From Neophaeotheca triangularis (taxonomy: Eukaryota), in contig BAAIJX010000015.1 of assembly GCA_054600435.1 (NCBI GenBank), positions 434,001-481,058 on the forward strand: a DNA stretch of 47,058 bases, given 5' to 3'. The notes beneath the pieces are model-generated. The model saw nothing but the letters and a program-made list of their open reading frames with translations, ran no database searches and was not told the origin of the DNA. Positions 9,515 to 21,895 of this stretch are shown here, one piece after another; within the stretch, counting starts at the first letter, position 1, and each line of letters begins with the position of its first letter. The translations under genes were made by a program, and so were the position numbers.

Positions 9515-12500
9515 ATGGACGACTCCCCAGACCCCCCAGGAGAAGATGCAGCAGCCTACAACCTCAGCCCTGATTCCAACCTCTCCATCACGCTCTCCTA
9601 CAACGCAAGTGCGACCAACACAGCGCACGCGACCACCACGGAAGTCAAAATGTCCAGCAACTCGCCCAGAACCCCTGACCTCGGTGAGCACGTCTCGCCA
9701 CACAAGCCAAGCCCCGCATACTCAAGCTCCGGCTACTACGGTTCCGAGCACTCGAGCGACGAGGAATGGGACCCCAAAGCAGAGCCAAAAGCCCTTCCCA
9801 CAGATGCAAAGCCATCGAGCGACGCCGCTCAAGATCCCGAGCCCAAGGCTCCCGATTTCGACGAGTTGTACGAGCTGACGCCGCCGAGGGGCAGGAGCCC
9901 CGTTGATCCCACCGAGTCCGAGTCCAAGTCTTACAATGAGTCGATGCGCGATATCGAGATTGCTCTTTTCAACCATGCTAATGCCGAGATGACGAGGGTG
10001 AAGGAGGTTGAGGGGAGAGGGAGGACGTTGGATTACAGTCTTGTGGGGGATTATTGGGCGGCTGTTAAGCGGAGGGAGGCGATTATCGAGGAGGAGAATG
10101 TGGGTAGGAAGAGGAGGGAGGATGGGGATAAGGGTGATGGAGATGGGAACGGAGGTCGTGGGGATGGCGGGGACGACGGCAATGGTGGTGCTGGTCATGG
10201 TGACAACGGTGGCGACGACGGCCCCTCCGGCGGCAATGGCGAAGGTGGCAGTCAGCCCTACGAATCACCATCGGATCCTTCGGATTACAGAGACTTTTTC
10301 GCCCCCGGCGAGGATGCACATATCCCGACTGAGAACACGCGCGCAGGTACCATCCTCACTCGCAAGAACGATGTAAAGCCCCTGCAGCAGTCAAAAGACA
10401 AAGTGCCACATCCCCCGCGTACCCCGAGCGTCCAACGTCCAGCGGACTTTGACGAGTTGTACGACTTGACACCGCCAAGGGTACCGAGGGGGCCGAAGAC
10501 GAAGCCTACCGCAGCACACCACGACAAGGGCAGCCCGAAGTTTTCTCTCGAACCTGATGAACAAGCCGAGATTCTCAAGCAGCATGAGCTTGCCATAGCC
10601 CGCGAAAAGCAGGCTGTTCGAAAACGATCACCATCCGACTCGTCCGCATCGTCCGGTTTTTCGTTTGCGGGAGACTGGTTGGAGGATGAACTGGCTAATT
10701 CGTTCAACGAGTATGAACTGGCTAATTCTTTCAGCGAGGACGAACGAGCGTGGCTGAGAGCTGCCAAAGACGTGGACGATGCCCGAGCCAAAGGGAAAGA
10801 TACAGACGACAAGACAGTGAAAGCCAGGGTGGAGACGTTGAAAAAGCTACCGTTTCCGACAGACAATGACGAGACTTTCAACAACCACCTCAAAGAACTA
10901 CGCCAAAGGGGCATGAAAAAAATCACTGCCGAAATAGAGGCTTCAGTCTCCGCTGCAGAGCCGTCTTCCAGCAGACACAAGCAACCTGGAACCTCCGGCG
11001 CTCAAGTGTCGTGGCGGAGGAAACAGATACCGGAGATCGACCAGGCCGACCTCGAGGAGCACAGAAAGAGGCTACAGCAGGGCGAAGAAGAATTGACACA
11101 GTACCTCAGCGAGATGCACAAGCTGAAGCTCTTCGAATCCGTCGGCCGCGATCCTGTACGCTACCAGGCACTCGTCGACTCCCGGCGCAAGATGCACTTA
11201 CAATTGAGGGAAAGGTCGCGGAAGTTTCTCGACTCGTTTGACAAATTGGAAGTGCCGAAGCACCTGGAAGTGCCAAAGCACCCAGAGGAATCCGATCACG
11301 AGCAACTCATGCAGATTGAGACGATGAAGGAACACCGTCGCCGTGAAGCTCTGGGTTTGCCAATTACCCAACAGAAGGTCATGGATCCGATGGTGGTGGC
11401 TTTCATGAAACGCATGAAACAGGAGAAGAGGCGGAGGGATCAGGAAGCCTCTCAAAGCTTTCTGGAGAGACTTGCAGCACTGCCTTCACCGGAGCCTTCG
11501 CCGGGGGCCAAGACCTTTGGGGATGCGTATGCATCGATGACGCCGGAACCAGAGGGGTACACCCCCTTCGAACTCCCTCCGGATACGCCTCGCATACTGG
11601 AGTGGAATGTTTACCGTGAGGACATGTGGGACAAAGAGTCTACCGTAGACGAACCCATACAATCTGAATCAGCAGCTATCGAGGAAGTGGGAGCCTTTCG
11701 CAAACAGTCTTCGGGTTTGCCTCAAAAGACCACGGCTACAGACGATGTGATCTCTCAAGCCGAACCGGTTACGTCGAAGCCGTACACGCCTTTCGTTCTA
11801 CCTCCAGACACACCTCGCCAGCCGCAGATGGTATCGTACCAGGAGGACTCGCGGGATAAGGAAGAGGAGAAATCGATTGCCAAGCAAACTCAAGCTGTGC
11901 CACAAGAGACGTCAATGATGGGAGAAGCGTGGTCCAGACCTGACTCGACAACCCGCAAATCCGAGCCAGCAGTCCGCGAAACCAAGCGAGTAGAGTCGGG
12001 ACGTTTGCCACCAGGTTCCCGAAAGGCTCAGGACCTTGCGAGCGCCACAGCAAACACTGTCGACCCCCGAACGCTTTCTCCCAGCGGCAACAATGCCGTC
12101 GTCGACATCAGAGTCAAAATCATGCTCACGTCTGCTCTCGCCGTGGTTAAGTCCCCACAAGAACCAAGCCTCCAAGCGCTGAAAGAAGCTTTCGTCAAAG
12201 TGAAGGAAGTATACCAGTTTGCAGAAGCTCAGGGTGCAAACAAGGAGCTGTTAGGCCGCTGCACTTACTGGTGCGGCCACGTTCGATTCTTGATGGACAT
12301 GCGTATCTCAGGGGAGGTCAGCGATGAATGCAAGAGGTACATCGCTCAGTCTGGCGTGGACGTGACGTGCTACTTCGAAGGCGAGCTTGCTCGCTGGCGT
12401 ACAGAGCACTGGGACGATAGCCGTGAGGAAGCAGTGAGAGCGGCTACAATCAGAGCAGAGGGACGTGAAGTTGCCTCGCCTCGCGCGAAGTCTGGCCTCC

Positions 12501-14023
12501 ATTCGCCCAGAGTCCAGCAAACCAGCGAGACAGTTCCAGACTTCGAAAGCGAGCACGCTTCTGACAATGAAATTCCCATGGACAAGGGCAAGGGGAAGAA
12601 GGTTGCTTCCACCACAGTCCGCAGCGACGGAAGCCCCCGCTCGCCCTGGAAACCCACCTACCCCAACGACAGGTACAAAACGACCCCTCCCGTGGCCGCC
12701 AGCGCCCCCCAAGACGACAACAGCCCGACTTATGTTCCCAGCGATCCCGACATCAGTCGCTCGCGCTTCGATGATCTCCGTTATGCCCCGACGTTCCCTA
12801 GAAACGCCGACAGAAACTCACCCATGGACAGCAATCCTTCCTACGCCCCAACGGCACACCTGTATCCCGACATCAGTCGCTCGCGCTTTGATGATCTACG
12901 TTATGCCCCGACGTTCCCTGGAACCGCCGACAGAAACTCACCCAAGGACAGCAATCCTTCCTACGCCCCCACGCCTGCACACCTGTATCGCGAGAAGTCC
13001 CGCAAGCCCGGCATCGAGCCACCCGTATACAACTCAAACAATCCTCCCACGGCACGGCACCCCGGCGGTATACCTCTTTCGCCTAGCAATGGAAAGTACA
13101 CTGCCGCGTCCCCTGAACGCTACGTTCCGGAAGACTCTCCCACAGCATGGCACCCCGACGGCATACCTCGTCCGCTCAGCATTGGTGATTACACTCCCAT
13201 GTTCACTGAACGCTACGTTCCGAAAGACTCTCCCATAGCCCGGCACCCCAACGGCATACCTCTTTCGCCCAGCCACCCAGAACACCCCTACTACACCGGT
13301 TCACCCAAGCAAAAGAACGTCGCCACTACCCCCGTAATCGCTACCCCAGAAAACTTCAACACGAATCCAACCACCAACTATCCCAGCGCCTACACGACCC
13401 CAGCGAGTACAAAACCCTTCGCACGCTCTAACGCAAGTTCACAGAAATCTACCAAGAGCTCCTCGCACTCCTCACAATCCACACCACCCAGAGTCCTCGT
13501 CGTCCGCAACCCCGACCCTCAGCCCACGAGCCCAGACACTCCGCCGCAAAACAGACGCCCCTCGTACAAACCCGAGAGACCGGGCGTCGTCTTCAGCCCC
13601 TTGGAGGGCGCTCTGCCCAGCCCAACAGCATCCTCCCAACCCGCAAGCGCTGCGGTCAAGAAAGAAGCGAACCTGAAGCATTTCAACCAACTCGACAAAA
13701 CTGCGACGACGACGAAACCCAGCGGCAAAGCAGCATCGGCACCGCTACCGCAGACGGCGTTTTCGAGCTCGGTAGATGCGCGCAAAAGCTCCATCGCCCA
13801 GCGCCGTCACGGGAGGGCAAAGTCCGTGGCTTTCGCGGATGTCGAGGGCGAGGGAAATGGCGGCGCAGGCGAGGGTGTGGATGCTAAGCCTGCTTCGCCC
13901 AGTTCGTGGCGGAGACGTCTGAGCAGCGTCACGGGGCTTGGGATTACCTTGAACCCTCATGACGATCTCCGCGAGGCCGAGGAGGGGCAGAGTAGCCCGA
14001 GGTTGCCCGAGGGGAAGAAGTAG
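9515..14023 (+). CDS. Large, mostly disordered hypothetical protein (about 1502 aa) with internal repeats
   Basis: 4.5-kb stop-free frame, first ATG at 9515; P/S/E-rich; one possibly folded helical segment (about 12110-12420, ...LLGRCTYWCGHVRF). Confidence 0.8.
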   Translation: MDDSPDPPGEDAAAYNLSPDSNLSITLSYNASATNTAHATTTEVKMSSNSPRTPDLGEHVSPHKPSPAYSSSGYYGSEHSSDEEWDPKAEPKALPTDAKPSSDAAQDPEPKAPDFDELYELTPPRGRSPVDPTESESKSYNESMRDIEIALFNHANAEMTRVKEVEGRGRTLDYSLVGDYWAAVKRREAIIEEENVGRKRREDGDKGDGDGNGGRGDGGDDGNGGAGHGDNGGDDGPSGGNGEGGSQPYESPSDPSDYRDFFAPGEDAHIPTENTRAGTILTRKNDVKPLQQSKDKVPHPPRTPSVQRPADFDELYDLTPPRVPRGPKTKPTAAHHDKGSPKFSLEPDEQAEILKQHELAIAREKQAVRKRSPSDSSASSGFSFAGDWLEDELANSFNEYELANSFSEDERAWLRAAKDVDDARAKGKDTDDKTVKARVETLKKLPFPTDNDETFNNHLKELRQRGMKKITAEIEASVSAAEPSSSRHKQPGTSGAQVSWRRKQIPEIDQADLEEHRKRLQQGEEELTQYLSEMHKLKLFESVGRDPVRYQALVDSRRKMHLQLRERSRKFLDSFDKLEVPKHLEVPKHPEESDHEQLMQIETMKEHRRREALGLPITQQKVMDPMVVAFMKRMKQEKRRRDQEASQSFLERLAALPSPEPSPGAKTFGDAYASMTPEPEGYTPFELPPDTPRILEWNVYREDMWDKESTVDEPIQSESAAIEEVGAFRKQSSGLPQKTTATDDVISQAEPVTSKPYTPFVLPPDTPRQPQMVSYQEDSRDKEEEKSIAKQTQAVPQETSMMGEAWSRPDSTTRKSEPAVRETKRVESGRLPPGSRKAQDLASATANTVDPRTLSPSGNNAVVDIRVKIMLTSALAVVKSPQEPSLQALKEAFVKVKEVYQFAEAQGANKELLGRCTYWCGHVRFLMDMRISGEVSDECKRYIAQSGVDVTCYFEGELARWRTEHWDDSREEAVRAATIRAEGREVASPRAKSGLHSPRVQQTSETVPDFESEHASDNEIPMDKGKGKKVASTTVRSDGSPRSPWKPTYPNDRYKTTPPVAASAPQDDNSPTYVPSDPDISRSRFDDLRYAPTFPRNADRNSPMDSNPSYAPTAHLYPDISRSRFDDLRYAPTFPGTADRNSPKDSNPSYAPTPAHLYREKSRKPGIEPPVYNSNNPPTARHPGGIPLSPSNGKYTAASPERYVPEDSPTAWHPDGIPRPLSIGDYTPMFTERYVPKDSPIARHPNGIPLSPSHPEHPYYTGSPKQKNVATTPVIATPENFNTNPTTNYPSAYTTPASTKPFARSNASSQKSTKSSSHSSQSTPPRVLVVRNPDPQPTSPDTPPQNRRPSYKPERPGVVFSPLEGALPSPTASSQPASAAVKKEANLKHFNQLDKTATTTKPSGKAASAPLPQTAFSSSVDARKSSIAQRRHGRAKSVAFADVEGEGNGGAGEGVDAKPASPSSWRRRLSSVTGLGITLNPHDDLREAEEGQSSPRLPEGKK
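12744..12989 (+). repeat. In-frame tandem duplication, 120-bp unit x2
   Basis: ATCCCGACATCAGTCGCTCGCGCTT... starts at 12744 and 12864; peptide PDISRSRFDDLRYAPTFP..ADRNSP.DSNPSYAPT occurs twice. Confidence 0.95.
13044..13275 (+). repeat. In-frame tandem repeat, 93-bp (31-aa) unit, about 2.5 copies
   Basis: HPGGIPLSP..ERYVPEDSPTAW / HPDGIPRPL..ERYVPKDSPIAR / HPNGIPLSP. Confidence 0.85.
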
Positions 14024-14303
14024 TTGGTCGAGGTTGAATTGGGCGTTGGTTGGAGTTTGACAGATTGGATTATTTGTTATTTAGAAAAATTAAGGAAAGA
14101 AGGAGGAATATTGTTTTGCTACGTCTATAGTCATCTAAACGTTTTCTTTTTCTTTTTTAAAATTTTTCGAAAAATCCCAATTGCAAACTCGTGGCGCCGG
14201 AAGAGGTACGCCTTGTAAAGAAGCCTTTCATCAACGCCGTCGCTATGCACGTTCGACACTTTTTGCAGACCCGTGGGATCGTGGCAGAGCATACTCCATC
14301 ACC

Positions 14304-17300
14304 CTATTGACCCATGACGAGGGCCAGCAAGGCCATACGGACAAACATGCCGTAGCGCATCTGAAAGACTGTTAGCACAAGGCACCCCATGTCGGCAGTA
14401 GCGGTGGAAGAAGACTTACCTGTCGGAAGTACGCCGCCCTGGGATCATCATCCACTTCCTTGTCCAACTCCTGGTTCCTAGGCAAAGGATGCATGACAAT
14501 CATGTTCTTCTTGGCCTCCTTCAGGGTCTTCATGTTGACGACAAACTCATCCTTGACCTGCTCATACAATTCAGGGTCCTCGAAGCGCTCCTTTTGCACG
14601 CGCGTGCAGTAGAGGACGTCAGTCTTGGCGATCATCTCGGGGGTGAGACGGTCCGCTTCCACATCGAGCTGGCCGCGTGATTGCAGGGCTGCGCGAACTT
14701 TACTCGGCAGGGCAAGCGCCGCGGGGGCTGCGAGCTGGATGGTGACATTGTAGTGGCGGAGTAGTTCGCAGAGCGAGTGGACGGTGCGGCCGTACTTGAG
14801 GTCACCAGTGAAGGTGATGGTCAGGCCGTTGACAGTACCAAGTTCCTCACGGATGGTGAAGAGGTCGAGGAAGGCTTGGGTAGGGTGCTCGCGGGAGCCG
14901 TTACCAGCGTTGATGATCGGGCCATCGGCGTACTTAGCGGCGATGTCCGCACTGTCGTTGTCTGGGTGGCGCAAGACGGTCGCGTCGCCGTATTGATCCA
15001 AGGTGCGAATGGTGTCTTCAAGCGACTCGCCCTTCTTGGTCGAAGAGTGGGACTCGTTGATCATGACTGTACGTCCACCCAGACGCTTCATGGCTGCGTC
15101 AAAAGAGGATGAAGTCCGAGTGGAGGGCTCGAAGAACATCAGGCACAGCACACGGCCCTTCAATACATCAAGGCAGCCATCACGCTCAACACCGAGCCTC
15201 ATTTCAGCAGCAACGGTGAAGAGAAGATGCAACTCCTCCCTCGAGAATTGCTTGACGGAAATGATGTCGAGGCCCTTTAGCGGCGAGTTCTTGAGCAGAT
15301 CCGACAAAGAAGGAGACACCTCAGGCTTCTCGATGACGGCAGGGGCGGTCGGGATCTCAGCGAAAGTCTGGTAGTCGACCTTGCTGATGCCCAGATCGTA
15401 GCACCGAGCAATGGCTTCGACAAGAATCTTTGCGTTCTTGACGTTGGTGACCAAGGGCGTCTGGTAGTCCACTGCCATTCTTCGCGTCCGGTAACCCTTG
15501 CTCATGTAGTTGGCAGGACGTCTGAACTGGTTGCTCGAAGGCAAGTTGATGTACAGGTCAATCAGATTGTTGGCCAAAGCGTGAGTAAGCGAGTATTCAG
15601 TGCGCTGGTCCTCGTCTTGCAGCGCTTCCAAGAATTGAACGTCAAGGCCGTGCTCCTCAAGGAAGTCCGCGGTACCGGCAGTGGCAAACAACTTGTATCC
15701 CAACTTGTGCAGCTTCTCGATAGAAGGCAGCATCTCCACCTTGTCCTTGAAGGAGCCGATAGAGAGGAGTATGTTCTTCTTTGGCAGTTTGAAGCCCGTT
15801 GCGATAAGGCCCTTAATGTAGGCTTCGTACTTGGTACGGCCAAAGCAAGCAACCTCTCCCGTGGAAGCCATCTCTACACCCATCACAGGGTCGGCGCCAG
15901 ACAATCGCGAGAAAGAGAACTGAGGTACCTTGACACCGACGTAGTCAGGCGGGACCGTAAGTGGCGGGTATTCTTTCAGAGGGATGCCAGTCATAGCCTT
16001 GGTAGCCAGAGAGATTAAATCGCAGCCCATGACCTTAGACACGAAGGGGAATGAACGCGACGCACGAACGTTACACTCAATCACCTTGATGTCGTTGTCC
16101 TTGGCAATGAATTGAATGTTGTAAGGGCCAGTGACATTCAGAGCATCACCAATCTTGCGAGTCGCATCCTCAATTCTGCGGACGGTCTCGGGGTCAAGGT
16201 CCTGCGGTGGAAGGATGAGCGTGGCATCTCCAGAGTGCACACCTGCGTTTTCGACGTGCTCGGAGATGAAGTGGCCAATCATGCTGCCATTGCGAGCCAC
16301 TGCGTCCATTTCAATTTCCTTGGCACCCTCAATGTACTTGGTAATGACAACGGGGTATTCTTTCGATACCGCAGCAGCCTGCGCAAGGTATGCAGCCAAG
16401 TCGTGCTCGGAGTAGACGGTGTTCATGGCCGCACCAGACAGGACGTAGGAAGGTCGCACGAGCACGGGGTACTTGACGCGCTTGCAGAAGTCCTTTGCTT
16501 CGTCGATGCTGGAAAGTTCCTTCCACTCAGGTTGGTCGACACCGAGACGGTCAAGCATACGAGAGAACTTGTATCGGTTCTCAGCAGTATCGATCATCTC
16601 CGGGGATGTACCCAAGATCTTGACGTTCGCACGGTAGAGCGGAAGAGAGATGTTGTTCGGCGTCTGTCCACCCATGGACAGGATGACACCGCTGGAGTTC
16701 TCGAGCTGGTATATGTCGAGCACCGTCTCAAGCGTGATGTTCTCGAAGTAGAGACGGTCTGCCTCGTCGTAATCTGTGCTCACAGTCTCGGGGTTGTAAT
16801 TGACCATGACAGTCTTGTATCCGCTGTCGCGCAGAGTACGAACAGCGCGGACCGAACACCAGTCGAACTCGACAGAGGACCCAATACGGTAGACTCCGGA
16901 TCCCAAGACCATGACGCCTCTATCCTCAAAGGCAATGTCGTTTTCATTGCCGTTATAGGTGAGGTACAGGTAGTTAGTGAAGGCGGGCGACTCGGCAGCG
17001 ACCGTATCAATCTGCTTGACGACAGGAACAATGCCCTCTTCAATCCTCGAGCGGCGCACGTGAGCCTCGTTACTGTCCCAGAACAGAGCCAGTTGCTTGT
17101 CGGAGAAACCGAGCTCCTTGGCACGCCTGAACTGCTTGGTGGTCACGCTGTCGACGCCATATGTCTGCATCTCTTTGCTGAAGTCGCTGAGACCCTTGAG
17201 CTTTGTGAGAAACCAGCGATCGATCTTGGTCAGCTCCCAAATCTTCTCGACAGAGTAGCCACCGTGCATGGCGTTCGCAAGGGCAAACATGCGCTGGTCA

Positions 17301-20000
17301 GAAGGCGTTTGAAGCTCAGTGTCCACATCGATGGACATGAGGGCGGTCGTTTCATTGAACCCGAGGTTGCTTGGGTCGACGGAACGAATGGCCTTTTGCA
17401 ACGCTTCCTCAAAGGATCTTCCGATGGCCATGACCTCACCAACACTCTTCATGGAAGAGCCCAGTAGCGTGGAGACCCTCGTGAACTTCTTCAGGTCCCA
17501 TCTCGGGATCTTGACGACCACGTAGTCGAGTGAAGGCTCAAAGCAGGCACAAGTGACCTTGGTGACGGTGTTCTTGATCTCGTTCAGCGGAATGTTCAAG
17601 CCTAGTTTGGCCGCAATAAACGCAAGTGGATAGCCAGTGGCCTTGGAAGCCAGTGCCGAGGATCTGGAGAGACGGGCGTTGACTTCGATGATGCAGTATT
17701 CTCTGCTCTCTGGGTTCAAAGCGTATTGGATGTTGCATTCGCCCACGACTCCCAAGTGGCGAATAACTCGAACGGCGGTCGTACGAAGCATATTGTAGTC
17801 CTCGTCTGAGAGTGTCTGAGATGGTGCTACCACAACCGAGTCGCCAGTGTGAATGCCCAAAGGATCGAAGTTCTCCATGTTGCAGACCGTGATGCAGTTA
17901 TCGTTTGCATCTCTGACGACTTCGTATTCGATTTCTTTCCAGCCCTTCATACTGCGCTCGACAAGAATCTGGGGACTGGCCGCGAACGCCTTGTTGCAAA
18001 GGTCCAAGAGTTGCGCCTTGTTCTCGGCGAAACCACTTCCTAGGCCTCCGAGAGCATAGGCCGCGCGCACGATGACCGGGTAGCCGATGCTGTCGACACA
18101 AGCGAGAGCTTCTTCGACGTTGTTGGCGGACTTGGACTTGGCGCAAGGAGCATTGATCGATTCCATACTGCGAGCAAAGAGCTCACGGTCCTCGGTCGTG
18201 ATGATTGTGTCAATGGGAGTTCCCAGCACCTTGACACCCAGAGCCTCAAATTCATCCTTCAGCTGGATACCGACCTGGAGGGCGGTCTGTCCACCGAAGG
18301 TGCAGTAGATGGCATCTGGACGCTCCGATTTGATGACTTTGCGGACGAAGTCTGCGTTCACCGGCAAAAAGAAGACCTTGTCGGCCAGTCCTTTTGAGGT
18401 TTGGATCGTTGCGATGTTGGGGTTAATCAAGATCGTGTAGATGCCTTCCTCCTTCAAAGCCTTGATTGCTTGACTTCCGGAGTAGTCGAACTCGCCGGCC
18501 TGTCCAATGCTGAGACCACCGCTTCCCAGGACCAAAACCTTCTTGACATCGACTCTGGGCTTCAACGCCGCATTCTCCGCAGCGTTACCGCCTGGGAAAA
18601 CGACGGGTTGCTCCATAGTCTTCGGCTCGTTGACAGACTTGACAATGGTATCGATGAAGACATCGAACAAGAACTCGGTGTCGCGAGGTCCTGGCGCACT
18701 CTCGGGGTGGAACTGGACACTGAAGTACGGTCGGCTTACGTGTCGAATACCCTCATTGCTTTGGTCGTTGGCGTTGATGAAGAGTTCGGCCCATCCAGAC
18801 GGCAAAGAGTCTGCGTCGACGGCGTAACCGTGGTTTTGCGACGTGATGTAACACTTTCCCGAGACCAAGCTCGTGCAGGGGATGTTGTGTCCTCGGTTAC
18901 CGAACTTCATCTTCAAAGTCTTCGCGCCGGCTGCTCGGGCGAGCAATTGATGACCCAAGCAAATACCAAAGATGGGGACCCTTGCTTCTTCCATTGCAGA
19001 TGCAATATGCTTGACCGTGTCGCTCATCATTGCTGGATCACCTGGACCGTTCGAGATGAAGAGACCATCGTATTCGTTGCCGGCAAGCTTGGGGAAGTCA
19101 TAGTCCCAGGGCACAACCTCGACTTCAACACCACGGGATACCAGGCACCTCAGCTGGTTGAACTTGAGGCCTACATCAACGCAAACAACACGCACGGGTC
19201 TACCTGACGGATGCTTCAACGCATTGGACGGATTGGGCGAATAGATCTTCGGCTTGGCCGTCGAAACTAATCGGAATCATCAGATACGGTTGACTACTTA
19301 AGAGGAAGGAGTGTTGAAGCTCACCGTTGGCTACTAGGTTTTCAGTGTTGGGATCGTACCAGGAGATCTCTTCGTAGGTGGCCACCTCTTTGCTTTTGAA
19401 ATATCCGTTGATTCCATTCGCCAGCTGTTGCGGGCCTGGAGTGACCGCCGGTGTCGCAATACCGTTAGGTGTCTGTGTGCCGCTAGGTGTGAGGGCGCCA
19501 GTAGGCGCTGAGATTTTCTTCGTCCCGTTCTGCATGAGCAATCGCCCAAGCATGCTACCCTTCTCCCGTATCCTCTTAGTCAAAGCTCGGGTGTCCACAC
19601 CGCATACCGCCGGTACGTTCTGCTCCTTCAGCCATGTTCCCAGCGATGACGTGGCCAGATAGTGTGAATAGTCTTCGCCGCAGTATGAAGCCACAACCAG
19701 GCCGGAGATGTGAATTTCAGCGGCCTCGAAATGAGCCGGTAGGTCCTTGAGCAGAGGGTCCATCTCTTCCCGGGAAGGGACGCCATAGTTGCCGACGAGG
19801 GGGAAAGTGACGACCAGAATCTGCCCGCGGTATGAAGGGTCTGTTATGGACTCTGGGTAACCGACCATACCAGTCTGGAAGACCAGTTCACCGCTGACAC
19901 TACGGTGAGCTCCGAAGCTGGTTCCTTCGGCAAATCGAAGGGCGCCGTCGGCAGTCTTTAGTTCGAGAGCCATGTTGCTCTCCTGCTTTTGATTTGCCAT
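14304..20000 (-). CDS. URA2: Pyrimidine-specific GATase-CPSase-ATCase multifunctional enzyme (about 1859 aa); exons 20000-19325, 19266-14420, 14360-14304
   Basis: [33 protein letters not shown] (GATase); [17 protein letters not shown] and [15 protein letters not shown] (CPS large); [21 protein letters not shown] (ATCase). Introns 19267-19324 (GTGAGC..TAG) and 14361-14419 (GTAAGT..GCTAAC..CAG); last exon [18 protein letters not shown]. Confidence 0.97.
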
Positions 20001-20375
20001 GCCGACTGTTTCTTCCCGCGAGGCAGCAAAGTATCAACAGAAAGGTGGCATGAGAGAAGGAAAGGGAAAAAAAAGAGTGAGCGACCGAATAAAAAGCTCA
20101 AGTCTTCTCGAGAATATTTCGCGCTAGCAAAGAAGCTCAAAGCGCGGCCTGGACCCCGCGTCAAACCTTGCAGTAGTGGATGTTCGCACGTGAATAAGTG
20201 GGGCTTGAGACCGAAGCTCTCTACCAAGCCATGGCTTAGGTACTACTGGTTGTTTTGAAGGATGCTATCGATAATGTACACGATGCTGTTCGAGTTCGCA
20301 TACAACGACAATGAAACGATGCAGAGTACTGTAAGGTTCATCGAAACATCTCTCATGAATTCGAGCCCTCCTTTT

Positions 20376-21895
20376 CTACTCCCTTCTTTTCGGCAACTTA
20401 GGCATCATGAACCAGCGACTCAGCATCACAACAAAGAAAGCAATGCACATCGAGTGCAGCACAAACGTCGCAGCTGCCGAAGCCAAAGCTCCAGTCAAAA
20501 ACGGCACAACGGCACCTCCACTGGATCTTGCATTGGAAATGAAACTCATCGAAGTGGTATGTATGTCGCTTGGCAGCGACCTAGCAAAGATCGTCTGGGC
20601 ACAGGGGTACACCGGACCTCACAACAGGCCGACAACTGAGACGAACACTGCGAAGGCGGTCAGCATGAACTACGGAAATTGCACCAACCTGAGTCGACAA
20701 GTCTCACCTGAAGCGCCGACCACATTCGGCACGAACCAACACAGAATCTGGAAAACTATCACTCCTATCCCCAAGGCGTAGACAAACGGTTTTTCCCCAA
20801 TGTAAGGCGTAGCGTGCATGAGTGTGAATCTTCCAAGGGTGATACCTGGCCAGAAGCCTGCAGTGACGTAGCCGACTTTTGCTGGGTCGCCGCCGCGGTT
20901 ATTGATGAGATATAAAATGAACCAGCCAGAGATTGAGTCCTCGGCGCCTTGGTAGGCGAAGATGAATATGGCCCCAGATACTGTGACTCTGCTTTTGAGT
21001 GCTCGGCCAAGAAGTGTAAGCTTGGAGGGCTCCACTTGACGTGTTGTGTCTTGCCCGCCCGGGGGCACTTTGCAAGCTGTTGACGAAGTGATTCACCCTT
21101 CCTTCTCGTAGTTCCAGAATGTGGTGTTGCAGGAGAAAGCTACGGACCTAATATCAATCATGATAAAGAAGAAACGGGACCAGACGATGCCGTTAGACGC
21201 TACTGCAGTCGCGATGAATGATCCGTAGACACCACCAAGTCAATAGCAGCCATGGACGAGCCCTAGTGTTTGGGAAAGCTTGTTCATGTTGGCGCAAAAG
21301 ACATTATCCAACGTTAAATTGAGGGCGTTCCCAAGGCCAGAAGAGAAGTAGGCTACCACCACAACTGGGAATGGTGGCGAGCAAGCAATCATAACGTAAG
21401 CCATAGTCATACATGCTTCCGATGCCATCAAGGATCTCGCCCGAGCTAGTCTGAGGGAGATAGGATCGGTAAGGAAGGCAGTAGTGATGAAGCCAGCTGC
21501 GGTTGCAACCCAAATCAAAGACATAATCGCGTAGCCAATGGAGTAGTAAGTTTCCATGTAGGGGATGGGTGCCCCTGGCGCGCTATCATTCATGCCGTTT
21601 CCGAAATACACCAGACAGGCGGATAAAATACGCCATTTGTACATCTTCGAATAAGACCACGATGGAACAACCGCTGTGGGATCCTCCCCCGACTTGATGG
21701 CGGACTGCTTTCGAGCTCGCCAGCGCTGAACGAGTGAGCTACATTGCGGCCGCTTGAGAGATGGCCATAGTCGTTGAGCTCGATGGTATCCAACTCTTGT
21801 ACGGAAGGGGCTCTTTTATTGCTAGTCTTGACCGACGGTGGTTTCGGGATGGCATCTTTCAGAAGGGCGTCTAGCCCGGCGGCTAGGGAGCCCAT
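20376..21895 (-). pseudogene. Disrupted MFS transporter (BSC6/TsgA-like)
   Basis: Motifs GMNDSAPGA.IPYME.YY.IGYA, FIFAYQGAE.SISGW, GYVTAGFW.GITLGR, GPVYP. Frameshift near the G-run at 21686-21690; in-frame TGA at 21240-21242, 21093-21095 and 20619-20621; intron 20648-20707 retained. Confidence 0.88.

Noticed and set aside
16112..17467. Long antisense ORFs (451 aa here; also 18401-19207, 31695-32534, 23197-23940)
   Set aside because: Shadow frames opposite strongly codon-biased genes, with no recognisable motifs.
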